From Octopus vulgaris (lineage: Eukaryota): 64,000 nucleotides of DNA. The stretch covers positions 34,906,001 to 34,970,000 of the forward strand of contig OX597821.1 of the NCBI GenBank assembly GCA_951406725.2, in the 5' to 3' direction. This document shows positions 12,990 to 27,074 of this stretch, piece by piece. Below the pieces are notes generated by a model, which had not been told where the DNA came from, did no database searches, and saw only the letters and a program-made list of their open reading frames with translations. The translations under genes and the position numbers were made by a program. Within the stretch, counting starts at the first letter, position 1; each line of letters begins with the position of its first letter.

Positions 12990-13555
12990 GTGTGGTCAGT
13001 CGATATGTTAGAAATAGTAGTCACATCTTCAAACACCGATCTATGGTATCACATAAATAAATAAATGAATAAAGAGAAAGGACACACTCGATATGAACTT
13101 GGAAAAATTGCTGCAAAATCTCTCAAATAATCTAGTTCTGTCGGCTTATTTACATACAGCATAAGAGATAATGTAGTCAAAGGCACGCTCCTAAAAGAAG
13201 CTATGTTCACAGCTGGAAAGTTTTGTATTAAACATCAACTCAATAAGGGTCGACCAGAGACTGAACAATAGTCAATTCTATATGCAAACAACAGTATTTT
13301 TTTTTTGACAACAAAACAGATAAATCTCTTCACACAAAACAAACAACAAACTGAAGTTTTAGCCACTAAAGGGGAGATATTTTTGAACAACGTCAGTCAC
13401 TAGACAATTGTACAAGCTGTGCGATCTTGCTTGATGTTTTAGGTTTTTGCCAAATTATTTCCTGGCTCTGGAATGTTAACTTCATAGATTATTCGAGTAA
13501 TTTTGTATAATAGCTTCGTCATTTTGGCTGTCTATATTAACCTACTAAATATAAT

Positions 13556-13880
<325 letters not shown>

Positions 13881-14198
13881 TTGGTGGAGATATTGTTGAG
13901 TTAATTGTAGTAGTAGCAGTGGGAGTGACAATGACAGAAATGAATGGTATTAGTGCATTATGCAATATACATACATACGTACATACATGCACACCAACAC
14001 GTACATACACATAAAACACATGCACATATATATATATATATATGCGCGCGCACTCACACACTCGCACACATCCGCACATACACACCATAGATACATAATT
14101 TAAACACATATGCACGTATTGATATGTGTATCCATTTCTCTCTCTCTCTCTTTCCCCTCTCTCTTTCTCACACGTACAAGTGTGTGTGTATGTATGTA

Positions 14199-14243
<45 letters not shown>

Positions 14244-14265
14244 CTGTTTGTGTACATGTTATATG

Positions 14266-14500
14266 CTACTTTTACCTTTTACTTGTTTCAGTCATTAGAC
14301 TGCGGCCATAATAGAGCAACGCCTTGAAGAAATTTCGTCGAACGAATCGATCCCAGAACTCTTTTTTAAAACCTGCCACTTATTCTAGCCTTCTCTTTGG
14401 CCGAACCGCTAAGTTAAGGAGACGTAAACGCACCAACAATGGTTGTCAAGCGGTGCTGTGTGGTGTGGGGTGGGGGAACAGACACGAAGACACACATACA
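14266..14500 (-). mobile_element. SINE family B, 3' half
   Basis: Reverse-complement tail GTTTCAGTCATTAGACTGCGGCCAT and CCGAACCGCTAAG. Confidence 0.75.
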
Positions 14501-14709
14501 CACACACTTCAGCAATGTAACTAGACGTGCTGTGTTTTGTGTGTTTCTTTGTGTGGGGACTGTTTGTGTACCTTTCTATTTCCGCTAATGCTCAAAACCT
14601 TTTACTCTCGTTTCACCGAGCGTCAAGCTAATACATCCCTTATGCACATCCTCTTGTTGTCCGTAAATTTTACTCGTTTATTTGAATTAACTCTCTCTCT
14701 ATTTCTGTA

Positions 14710-14766
<57 letters not shown>

Positions 14767-14899
14767 GCCTACACACAGACGCACACACTAACACATACAT
14801 ATATTTTTGTTTTTTTACCTCGCCTCACACACACACATACACACACGCACACACACATACACACACACTTCAGCAATGTAACTAGACGTGCTGTTTTGC

Positions 14900-15660
<761 letters not shown>

Positions 15661-16898
15661 TATATATATATATACACACACGAAAGCATTTTTCAATTTC
15701 TGCCTTCCAAATCTACCATCACAAAACCCTGGTCGGCCCTAGGTTCTAAAAGAAGACACTAGCTCAAAGTTCCACGTAGTGGGATTGAACCTGGTTCAGA
15801 AGTAAACTACTTACCACACAGCCTTCTCCCCCAACACACGTGCGCACACACACATGTACAAACACACATACACACACATGCACTCGAAAATCTCACAAAT
15901 TGTAGGTGGTTATTATATCACACCAAATCTTGGGAATAGTTTACGGTTCTTGTAGACAAAACTGAGAATAGCAAAGGAGATTGATTCCACGGATGTTCAC
16001 TTTCCCTCGATCAAATTTACCAGAGCTATTGCTCAACTTCAACTGGCACCAATTCCTTCGGATTATCTCTGGTAAAATACTGCTGCAAATCGATTCCCAG
16101 TCGTGCGATTTGTTACTCGGAACAGAGTGATTGCACTGCCGTCTATCTCTTGTTGTTGCTTAGATCTAACTTTGCATTTACGTATGAGGATATCAATTGT
16201 AGTGGGCATGTCGGTGCAGAGTGTGGCATGACATCGGGTGGAAACCAAAGAGAAGTACTGAAGACTAGCAATGACTTTTGGCTCTATCAAAGACAGATAC
16301 GCCATCCAAAACAAGTATTAAATTTTTTTAAGAACCCGTAAGGAAGTCACGTATTATTTGATCCACCTAATATTGAATACATCACATCACAGCGACCCAG
16401 TATTGTTACTGCATGTACACATCAATGTTGGTCTTCAGTGACACATTATAACTAAGTCAAAACAATATGAGCGCTTAGCAAAGCTGTATTGACTTCAGAT
16501 AACAAATTGATGTTCAACTCAGCATCAATGAAAGTGTTGATATTTATAAAGTACTTTCAGAAAGATAAAGGGGTGTACTAATTTTTAGAAGCTAAATATT
16601 GATGAGAGCTGAAAGGGATATACAGACTATTTGTCATTGTATGGCGTCACAATGGCACATATATTAATCAGAGGCAGCGAATTGAAAGAGTCGTTAGAAC
16701 CTCGGATATAATGCGCTGACTCTTTCTGCTCTATGTCGAAATCCTGCCTTGGTAAACTTTGTCTTTAACCCTTTCAGAGTCAATGAAATAAAGTACGAAT
16801 CTGAGATTGACATTAGCAGAAATGTAAGAATGTTTGACTGGCTTTATTTGTTGTATCTGTTCCGGGTCTTTGTTGAGATCTCTTCCTTCCTGACTAAG

Positions 16899-16929
<31 letters not shown>

Positions 16930-16985
16930 CACACACACACACACATATGTATGTATGCATGTATATCTATATGTATGTAAGTATG

Positions 16986-17016
<31 letters not shown>

Positions 17017-17072
17017 GTGTGTGTATCTGTGTATACATACACATACATAAATAAATATATACATGATATATG

Positions 17073-17106
<34 letters not shown>

Positions 17107-17153
17107 TGTGTGCATGTATGTGTGTGTATGTATGTGTGTGTATAGCTGTGTAT

Positions 17154-17238
<85 letters not shown>

Positions 17239-17830
17239 TAGTAAATCAATAATTAATATTGTGCAGTATCTCGTGTCTTTGTGTATTAAAGAGACCACTA
17301 CTTAATCGAAACTTAAGATATCCAAATAGCTTCTCTAGTTTGTGATATGTAGAGTCAAGCATGGCCAAAAACTACATGAAAACATAACTGTGTCTGCGTA
17401 AAACAAAACGAAAAAAAATGCTTATGATTCCAACAGGCTAGCGTCAGACATTAAGACTCCCAACTGTTACCATTTTCTCGTGAATATTGACTTTGAAGCA
17501 TAAATATACACGAACATCATGCATAAGAATTTTTCTATAATCTGTGGGATTTTCCTACTTATTATACCAACTAACTATTATGTCAACATACTGACCCAAG
17601 TCCTTTCAAACTTTGCGTTGGAAAACTAAATCCATGCAGGTATATCTGCATGAGACACCTTACAACGTTGGACATTCGTCTATATAATACATAAAATTCA
17701 TATGCGGAGTTTAACCTGTCCTTCTACTCTAAGGGACTAATTGCTTACTAGAGATAATCATTGCACACTTAACCGAAATAGCATGCAGAATGAATTTAAG
17801 CACAGTGTTTGATGTAGGGCGGGTTAGCAG

Positions 17831-17900
17831 GGGCTCTCTAGTTAATTGGTAACATGATCGTTCGGTTAGCCAAACACACGTGGTTCGGATCCTACTGGTA
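17831..17900 (+). mobile_element. Degenerate tRNA-like (SINE head) sequence
   Basis: A-box-like TAGTTAATTGG (17839) and B-box-like GGTTCGGATCC (17882); no acceptor-stem pairing. Confidence 0.35.
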
Positions 17901-17980
17901 GATTTGTTTCCCATCTTCTATCTCAGATTGGTGCTTATCATCTATATCATCTTACGTTCTTTGCTTGTATGTACGACTTC

Positions 17981-18012
<32 letters not shown>

Positions 18013-18073
18013 TGTATGTATGTATGTATGTATGTATGTATGTATGTATGTATGTATGTATGTATGTATGTAT

Positions 18074-18262
18074 GTTCTCCTCTTTCTCTTTTTAATTTAG
18101 AGTAAATTTTGACCGGCCGCCTACATGGAAGCAAGAGTGTGAAAGAAAAACATCTTATTTTGTTCATTATCTTTTCTGTCAGTCATTAAATCTTAAGGTC
18201 TTGCAAATTTCTGTTGTTCTTGATATCGTAATCATTTATAGAGTATGAATTAAGGATTTGCG
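18074..18262 (-). mobile_element. RLE-type (R4/Dong-like) LINE 3' end, subfamily 2
   Basis: Minus strand encodes RKSLIHTL*MITISRTTEICKTLRFND*; 3'UTR homologous to 33447-33630; abuts (TATG)n at 17984-18073. Confidence 0.7.
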
Positions 18263-18490
18263 TGAGTTCAATTCCCAGACCGGGCTGCATGTTGTGTTCT
18301 TGAGCAAGACACTTTATTTCACATTGCTCCAGTCCACTCAGCTGACAAAAATGAGTAGAAACTGTATTTTAAGGGACAAGTCACACTGAATCTTCCTAAG
18401 AACAACGTTAATGGTGATTTCATGAGCAGGTTGTCCCGTTGATCGGATCATATGCATCCCTCGTAGTCATAACCGACCGAGTGTCAGTTA
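18262..18490 (+). mobile_element. SINE family D
   Basis: GAGTTCAATTCC B-box, then GTGTTCTTGAGCAAGACACTTTATTTCACATTGCTCCAGTCCACTCAGCTG shared with 60998-61215. Confidence 0.7.
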
Positions 18491-18568
18491 CGTATATATG
18501 TGTGTGTGTATGTATGTATGTATGTATGTATGTATGTATGTATGTATGTGTGTATGTGTGTGTATGTA

Positions 18569-18602
<34 letters not shown>

Positions 18603-18642
18603 CATGTATGTATGTATGTGTGCGTACGTGTATGTGTGCGTT

Positions 18643-18698
<56 letters not shown>

Positions 18699-18868
18699 AT
18701 ATATATATAATAATAAGAGTAAATAATTTCTTCGATGGTTTTTCAAAAAAAACCAACAATTATTTACTGGTAGATTTCGGTATGTATATATAACCATTAG
18801 CGGCAGGAACTTCTGTGAAGTTCAGTATATTGAAGTTCCTGCCACTAATGGTCATATACTTATATCTA

Positions 18869-18919
<51 letters not shown>

Positions 18920-18921
18920 TA

Positions 18922-20087
18922 GAGGGTGCATAAGATATTTGAGGATAGATTTATGTTTATAAAATAAAAGAGATATGTAATAACAAATGATAACAATATT
19001 CATAAAAATAAATTCTATGAGGATAAAAATAAACATTATCTTCTACAATATTAATCAATAAAACCACCTTCAGCCTCAACAACTGCTTCGATATAAGATC
19101 TAAATCATCTGCATCCTCGAATCAACTGATCCTGGTTAATTTTGGACATTACTCTGACTATGGCACCTTTCAAAGAATCTTTGGTGTTATGGGCATGTTC
19201 ACTGACATCTCTCTCAACAGCACTCCACATGTAATAGTCCAATGGATTAAGATCTGGGGAATTAAGAGGACAAATGTTAGGGGTTATGTCATCATGAACA
19301 TTTTCAGCCATCCATTTCTGTGTTACTAGAGCCATGTGTGATAGTGCCTTCCATTGCATACACTATCCAGGGCTTAACAATTATTTCCAGGACCTCAACA
19401 TAGGCGGCGGAGTTAACTCTAAGGCCTTGTGAAAAGATGTAAGGAGGCATCACATGTACTTCTTTGCTGACAGCCCCTAAAATCATGATAGTTGCAGGAA
19501 ATTTTGCATGCATAACACTAGGAACTTCAGAAGTGCTTGATTTTGGTCGAACTTTTTCTCGTTTGAGAAAAACCAAATCAAATCTTCTTTTGGATTTTTC
19601 TGTTTGTTTAAGGGCCTTCTGATGTAATGATTTTCTTTTGCTTTCTCTGACAAACTGACCTTTCCGCATCATATAAGACATATCTGATGTCTTCGTGGAC
19701 AACATTTCTGACTGTTCCTTCTGACACATGGAGATCTTTTGCAACTGACTTCATAGAACTTCTGGGATTATAATCAATGTTTCAGTGAACTTCCTGGATA
19801 AATTCAGCTGTTCTGATAGTTCTAGGGTGTTTAGAATGCTTTTTACGCTTTGATACTGGTGATACGTTTTCATCTTCAGTTTCTAACTCTTAGACGAAAG
19901 GTTTGGCAATTTTTAAAAATCGAGATATTTCTAAATCGCTTTATAACTACATTAACAGCATGCCTTTTCATTTCTTGAGTAAGCTGGGGGTCTGCCATTA
20001 TTATTTTCTGAAAAAAAGATTATACAGAGTAAAAAATGAAGCAATGACCCCAAAAAAGGTATATCCTCAAATACCTTACGCACCCTG
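18922..20087 (-). mobile_element. Tc1/mariner transposon (maT/DD37D-like), both ends present, transposase decayed
   Basis: Imperfect ~26-bp TIRs (GAGGGTGCATAAGATATTTGAGGATA and TATCCTCAAATACCTTACGCACCCTG) flanked by TA; ORF pieces KFPATIMILGAVS...GLRVNSAAYVEVLE...KPW and NSPDLNPLDYYMW. Confidence 0.9.
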
Positions 20088-20552
20088 TATATATATATAT
20101 ATATATTTATATATGTATAAAGTACATGTGACCTAGTCGATTGGTTAACTGGCTTACTGCCGTTGAATCGATCCTTTTCTGTATGTATAGCAAGAGATAT
20201 GCTGAATCCATCTCTTGTTAGTAGTGGTTGTATTGATGGCTGCACTGACAGCAACGTCAATGTCATTGATACTAAAGTTGCTAATGATAATGGAGATGAA
20301 ATAAAGCAAAAAATACTATATTAGGAATAGACGAAATGTTAGTTGGAACAGTTACGTCAATTTTACTGAAGTTACTTTACTCATAAGCGAAGAATTTCCA
20401 TAGGAAAAAAATATAAGAATAAAAGAATCCATAGCAAAACTCGAGATATCTTGGGTGTGTTGTAGCATCGTATTATATATTTCATTATTATTCCTTCTAA
20501 TTTTTGTATGTATATGTCTATGTGTGTGCATTTAGGCTTATGAATATATATG

Positions 20553-20598
<46 letters not shown>

Positions 20599-20944
20599 CG
20601 CACAAGCACACATGTACACACACGCACATGCAAACAAAAACATATATTCCTTGTTATGCTATGGAGAGATAGTTTAAGTGCGTAAGGAAATTCGAAACCC
20701 GGATAAAGACAAAAATACATAACGTGTTTTCCATCACGTATCTGATTTTGTTTGTTTTATTTTATTATTTTTATCGATTTACTTATTTACTTATATAATC
20801 TTTGTTGATTACTGGTCGACATATATGACGATCTTGCCCCGTTTCTCACTCTCTCTGTTTCTCATCTTTCTCTCTCTCTCTCTCTCTCTGCGTATTGTGC
20901 TTGTAAATACATAATATAATACATAAATGCACGTATATCTTTAT

Positions 20945-21011
<67 letters not shown>

Positions 21012-21769
21012 ATATATATATATGTATACATATATATATATACATACATAATACATACATGCGCACACACATACACACATATCTGTATAATATATAACAA
21101 GTAAATCAATAAAGCAAAAAAAAAAATAGACAAAAATAACGAATTAAAACAGAGAATAGACAATAAAAAAATCAAATTAAATAGGATTACAAACAACATG
21201 AAACGAATTGTTGTAACGTAACAATTTTGTGTCTAATCGTGCATACGTCCGCTTCTGTCTTTTCTCTACGAGTGCTTCAGAAGTCTACTCGAATGCAATA
21301 CCCACAATGCAGGAAGCTTTTCACCTACCACCAGCTGCTAAATATCTGAAGAAAGTCACAGCTTTGATCATGAAACACATCTTTAGGTTTCATTTCTGTG
21401 AGTGTTTGATATCGCTTCAATGGTGCTCAGAGCTAGCCTTAAATAGCTGCTTTGGGAATGCAATCGTTTGCATTGGAATCACGTGATTACGCTAGCGAAA
21501 TTTACGTCGAATTTGCAATGCTTACATACTACTGCTGTTTTTTTCCTTTTCTTTTTCTTTTTTTTTTTGAGTGATAGGAGTTCTGGAGAGGTCACAGATG
21601 TGTGATAAAAGATTTACAGACAATGGACATGAGTTAAAATGATAAAATAAGAACAGTAATAAACAAGTGAAGAAAAAAATATATAGCGCGTGTGTTTATT
21701 TGCAAGAAAAAATAAAGAAAGAAAATGACCATCCCGAAATACCACAATGTATATGGCAGTCGCCATGAT

Positions 21770-21945
21770 AGATCGGTACCCACTACCACACATATGTTTC
21801 TCTCCTTGTTTTTTTTTCTGTGTCCCTTTCTATAGAAGAGCGTAGGTTCGAAACGTAAAAGACTTTTTTCTATTCCTGAGCGTTATACATCTGTTTGTTT
21901 TGTACACCACCTGTCTTCGTCTTTTTTTTCGTGAATTCTCCCTAT
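21770..21945 (+). mobile_element. Family H1 element with a degenerate hammerhead (21826-21861)
   Basis: cttt-CTATAGA-a-gagc-gtag-gttc-GAAA-cg-TA-aaag; antisense sibling at 30300-30510. Confidence 0.6.
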
Positions 21946-21956
21946 ACATACATACA

Positions 21957-22014
<58 letters not shown>

Positions 22015-22018
<4 letters not shown>

Positions 22019-22274
22019 TTAAAATTGAATAGAAGATCTGAAAACCACCTGATGAATGTCCTTAGAAGAGACACGAAACAATTGTAGTGGCGAATTTAAT
22101 TTTATTTAACTTATATAAAATTTTTTTATGTATTGGATTAAGTCTTTCTTTGTTTGATTTGCATAATAGTGGTTTTGTCTCTAATTAATATTATATAATA
22201 TTTTACTATAAAATTGGATTCAATCCTAAATCTGATTTTTCCCTGTAAATTTGGATTTATTCCCTAATATTTAT

Positions 22275-22280
<6 letters not shown>
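22015..22280 (+). mobile_element. Penelope-like non-autonomous element (family H2) inserted in (TA)n
   Basis: Flanked by (TA)n; contains a hammerhead with an intact core; 3' part matches 15500-15660. Confidence 0.7.
22045..22090 (+). ncRNA. Minimal type-I hammerhead ribozyme
   Basis: Stem I CCAC/GTGG, CTGATGA (22049-22055), stem II TGTC/GACA, GAAA (22075-22078), palindromic stem III ACAATTGT, GUA cleavage triplet. Confidence 0.75.
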
Positions 22281-22327
<47 letters not shown>

Positions 22328-23175
22328 TGCTTCTATCTAAGCCACGGCTGTGGTGTCTCACAGTCCCAACTCCCCTTTCGTTATTGAATCTCGTGTGTTA
22401 TGAACTTCTGAACACACATCATCTAAAGATAGATGTTTTCTGAGGGCGAAATACAACAGCGATCAGCTTATCGACGTTTGAATGTGACCGAACGTATTAA
22501 GAAGGAATATATGCATTTTTTTATTTTCCATTCTTCCCTTTTTTCCCTCATTCCTTCCTTCATTTTATTCATTTACTCGTTTATTCTCTCTGTCTGTCTT
22601 CTATACTTTTTGAGTAGTTTCTCTTTTAAAACAAAATCCTATTATTCCGTTTCTTTCCAAGTGCTTCGCTGTATTTCCGAACATTACACTCGATCCTACA
22701 TCCCTTCTATTTCTCGAAGCTCTTAAGAATGCATATCAAATATCGTACTTACATCCGTGTAACTGAAGAAGCCAGCAGGAAATATGAGGAGAATACTTTG
22801 AAATAACTTTATTCATAGGATTTTTACTTGCTACTTCCCAACTTTATCGCCAGCCACAGCATAAATCCATTATAAACTGTGTGTCAGTTAGAAGTCTCGA
22901 AGTAACGAAAGGAACTCAATATTGGGGGTAGGTTTGAATTACTAGAAATAACAGCAACAACTCCCTCATATCATATCCTATCAATTTAAAAAAGAAAACG
23001 GGAAGATGCTTTCGATAATTTACTTGAAAAAGTAAAAGGGCGTAATAGTAACGTTTAGAATGCATTGGTAAGACCTCTGTCCAACGATGATTTACCAAGG
23101 GCTAAACATTAGCACCTCCAACAACAAACTCTTTTAAATGTGCAGCAGTAAGCAGTAGTTATACTATGACATATT

Positions 23176-23473
23176 CACGTGATCACCTGACCGACCAGTC
23201 CATCAGATGTAGTTACACATCGCTGGTCACAATGCGTTCGCATTGTTTTAGCATTCGAATGACGCCACCCCGCTGGCTAAGCGAGCATGCCAACAGAAGA
23301 AAGAGTGGTGAAAGAGTACAGCAGGGATCACCCCCCCAACCCCTGCCGGAGCCTCGTGGAGCTTTTAGGTGTTTTCGCTCAATAAACACTCACAACGCCC
23401 GGTCTGGGAATCGAAACCACGATCCTACGACCGCGAGTCCGCTGCCCTAACCACTGGGCCATTGCGCCTCCAC
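23176..23473 (-). mobile_element. tRNA-derived SINE family C, full length
   Basis: Head GTGGAGGCGCAATGGCCCAGTGGTTAGGGCAGCGG...GTTTCGATTCCC; 13-bp TSD ACTATGACATATT at 23163-23175 and 23474-23486. Confidence 0.92.
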
Positions 23474-23628
23474 ACTATGACATATTGCTATTCTGAAATA
23501 TCGTTGCAATTGTTATTGCTCAATCCCAACGAGCTCAACTTATCTTTAATCCGTCCAGGATCGGTAAAATAAAGTTACAAATGGCATCGACTACCACCCT
23601 TCCCCTCAAAGTTACTTACTTTTTCCCT

Positions 23629-24050
23629 AGGCGCAGGAGTGGCTGTGTGGTAAGTAGCTTGTTTACCAACCACATGGTTCTGGGTTCAGTCCCAGTACAT
23701 GGCCCCTTGGGCAACTGTCTTCTATTGTAACCTCGGGCCGGCCAAAGCCTTGTGAGTGGATTTGGTAGACGGAAACTGAAAGAAGCCCGTCGTATATATG
23801 TATATATATATGTATGTGTGTGTATGTGTGTGTATGTGTGTGTATATGTTTGTGTGTATGTGTTTGTCCCATCCAACATCGCTTGAGAACCGATGCTGGT
23901 GTGTTTATGTCCCCGTCACTTAGCGGTTCGGCAAAAGAGACCGATATAATAAGTCCTGGGCTTACAAAGAATAAGTCCCAGGGTTGAGTTGCTCGATTAA
24001 AGGCGGTGCTCCAGCATGGCCGCAGTCAAATGACTGAAACAAGTAAAAGA

Positions 24051-24052
<2 letters not shown>
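23629..24052 (+). mobile_element. SINE family B, full length
   Basis: Near-consensus copy. Confidence 0.92.
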
Positions 24053-24094
<42 letters not shown>

Positions 24095-24103
<9 letters not shown>

Positions 24104-24275
24104 CGACATGCTTCTTTCAGTTTTCGTCTACAAAACTCACTCACAAGGCTTTGGTCGGCCTGAGGCTAAAGTAGAAAAGTCCTGAGGTTCCAGTAGAAAA
24201 AGGTGTCACACAATGGGGCTTATCCCGGAACTATGTTGTTGGAAAGCAAATTTCCTACCACACAACCACACAGCC
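24095..24275 (-). mobile_element. SINE family B, 5' half
   Basis: Reverse complement of the head region. Confidence 0.7.
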
Positions 24276-24744
24276 ATATATGTATATATAAGTTGTAATT
24301 TACAAGAGATTCGCCCTTGAACTTATTAGAGATCAAGGCTGCCTGTTCCAAATTAGGTTACATGATTTAATATGGTAAAAAGCTGCTGCCATTAGTCGAA
24401 AGATAACATTACTTGTTAAATATTTAAGATAATGATCTAGGATAGGTTGTTGAGATTACGTAACAAGCGATCACAGCTCACAGTCCGATATTTTATTGCG
24501 GAATCAGATATTAAGTCGAAATATTATTACAAGATTGTGTTAAATATTTAAGGCATTTACGTAGTTTATCACGTAATTATCACGTTAATTATCACATATT
24601 CTCACATAATTGGATCGTAAAAACTTGCAGATTATATTAGACTGTTTAAAGATCGTAACGAATATGATAGAACCCTGTTTTCAAGATAAAAAAAAGAAGT
24701 ACTCTTATTCCCGCTCAACAAATTATTATATTTTATCTTTTTAA

Positions 24745-24930
24745 CGTGTTTCAGTCATTTGACTGCGGCCATTCTGTGGTACCACCTTGAAGAATTTTTA
24801 GTCGAATGAATCGACCCAGGAGTTTTTTTTTTTTTTTTGTATCTGGTATTTATTCTATCGTTACCTTTTGACGAATTGCTAAGTTTCGGGGATATAAACA
24901 CACCAGCACCGGTTACCAAATTATGGTAGG

Positions 24931-24998
<68 letters not shown>

Positions 24999-25135
24999 CT
25001 GGCTTCTTTCTGGTTTCATCTACTAGATCCACTCACAAGGCTTTGGCTGGCCCGAGACTATAGTAGAAGACGCTTGTCCAAAGCATCACGCAATGGTACT
25101 GAAAGCAGAACTATGAGGCTGGTAAGCAAGTTTCC
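24745..25135 (-). mobile_element. SINE family B, diverged
   Basis: Reverse-complement tail, (CA)n and head remnants. Confidence 0.75.
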
Positions 25136-25265
25136 GATGAGAAAAGCCTTGTTAATGGAAGAGGATTAGGAACAAAATCTTTAATCTGTTCTTTGAGTTG
25201 GAGGAAGAGACACTGCCTGAAAATTCCTTGTGTATATTAAGCATTTACTATAGTAAGCTTGGTTT

Positions 25266-25470
25266 AAGTGGTGGGCTGGCAGAATTGTTACCGCGCCAGA
25301 CAGAATGCTTAGTGGTATTTCCTTCTGCACTTTACCTTCTCAATTCAGATGCACTGCCGAGGTCGACTTTGCCTTTCGTCCTTTCGGGGAATAAAATAAG
25401 TATCACTTGAGCACTGGGGTTGCTGCAATCGAGAGCCACCAAAATTTTGGGTTTTGTGCCTAAAGAATGA
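25266..25470 (+). mobile_element. SINE family A (tail b), diverged
   Basis: GGGCTGGCAGAATTGTTA head and GAGGTCGACTTTGCCTTTC core. Confidence 0.7.
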
Positions 25471-26440
25471 AGCATTGTTAGCTCAGTTACTTCCAGAATT
25501 CTCAATTTGAAAATTCATGGCGGAGGTGGGGTGGGGCAACGGATTTGAAGTCATTACCCTAAAGCTTCTGCGCACTTAGATTGTGATTTAAAAAGTACTA
25601 AAAGTATTTCAGTCCAGCCCTGAACAGAACGCTTCAATTTTCATTATCACATATCACCCATAATTTTCAGGCGGCCTGCAAATGTCACGGGTTCTGTCCC
25701 TCCTTCAATATAACACATAGCAAAAATAAATAATATCCAAAAGAATAAGCAACCAGTTTTATGTGAAAATTTACAGTGTTTTATCTTTGTAAAGATGCAT
25801 TTCTTATCCGCGATCACTACTGCTCTCAGGGCACACTGGACAAAAGAAAGCGATCGTAAACCCGCGAAAGGTACGTAAATTATACAGGATCCCCACCTCT
25901 TAAATCGGTGAGATTAAGAACAGATGGCACCTATAAACAACTGGGAGTACAGAGCCCCTTTTGAGATATGCCCTGTTCTTGCATAGAGACAGCTTTTCTT
26001 AATAATAATCACTCGAAATAGGAAAAACAGTAGTCGAATTTCCCTAATATAGTATTCTATATTAAAAAGAAAGAGACGAACAAAGTTTCAACAGTCCCTT
26101 AAAAGTGATATTGTCAAGGCCGGATCCCTTTTGATAAGCGGTTTGCTTGATCAGACCAGACCGGAGGCTAAATAGCAACGGCCAGAAAACACACACATAC
26201 ATACACACACAGCATCACACAGGACGGAATCAAGTACTTGGAACAAACGAATCACAGACCTTTACACATCACAACGCTTCTTCACCCTAAGTCTGCTCCA
26301 GTCTCAGGCAGCATTTCTTCCCTCGAATATTAGACATCGCAGAATTCCGACTTCCTCACTTTACCATTCCATTTGAGTTTAATTAACTTAGTTCTATAAA
26401 ATACTATCACGTAACAGCTTTGTTCTGGCGTTGATTTGCG

Positions 26441-26474
<34 letters not shown>

Positions 26475-27074
26475 ATACACATACGCACACACACACATAC
26501 ACACACACACACACACACGCACATATACGCACGCACACATAAACACGGAGAAATTTAGCTGGGGAGAAGAAAAAATATTTGCGAAGAAGAGAGATAAGAA
26601 ATGTTGATGGAAGGAAGCTAAAGAAAATATTGAAAAACAGCAACAATAGCGTCAACAACAATAACAACATCAACAACCACAACAACAACAACAACAACAA
26701 CCAAAAAAGAACAAAAAACAAAGATGGAAAACATCTAAGTGGAGGAGGTTGAGACAAGGTGCGTAGGAAATAAAATGTAGTTAGTTTAAAAGGTCCATTT
26801 GATGTTGAAAGATAGGAACAGGAAAGGAGGAGGAGCTAGATGTAAAGATTGAAGACGGAAGATGCGAAAAACGGCAAAAAACAGGAGGAGACAAGTTATT
26901 GGAAACTTCAATAAAATAAGCGATGACAAGGCATAGTAATCTTACGCTCCATCTATATATAGAGATATCTGATTCTATTGTCCGCGTGTGGAACGGTATG
27001 TATGTATGCGAATTTGTATGTATGTATAAATGGATGCATGTATGAATGTATGTATGTACGTATGTTCGCCTATA

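Noticed and set aside
23390-23473. tRNA genes at the heads of SINE families A-D
   Set aside because: A/B boxes are present, but there is no complete cloverleaf and each continues into a SINE body; some have TSDs
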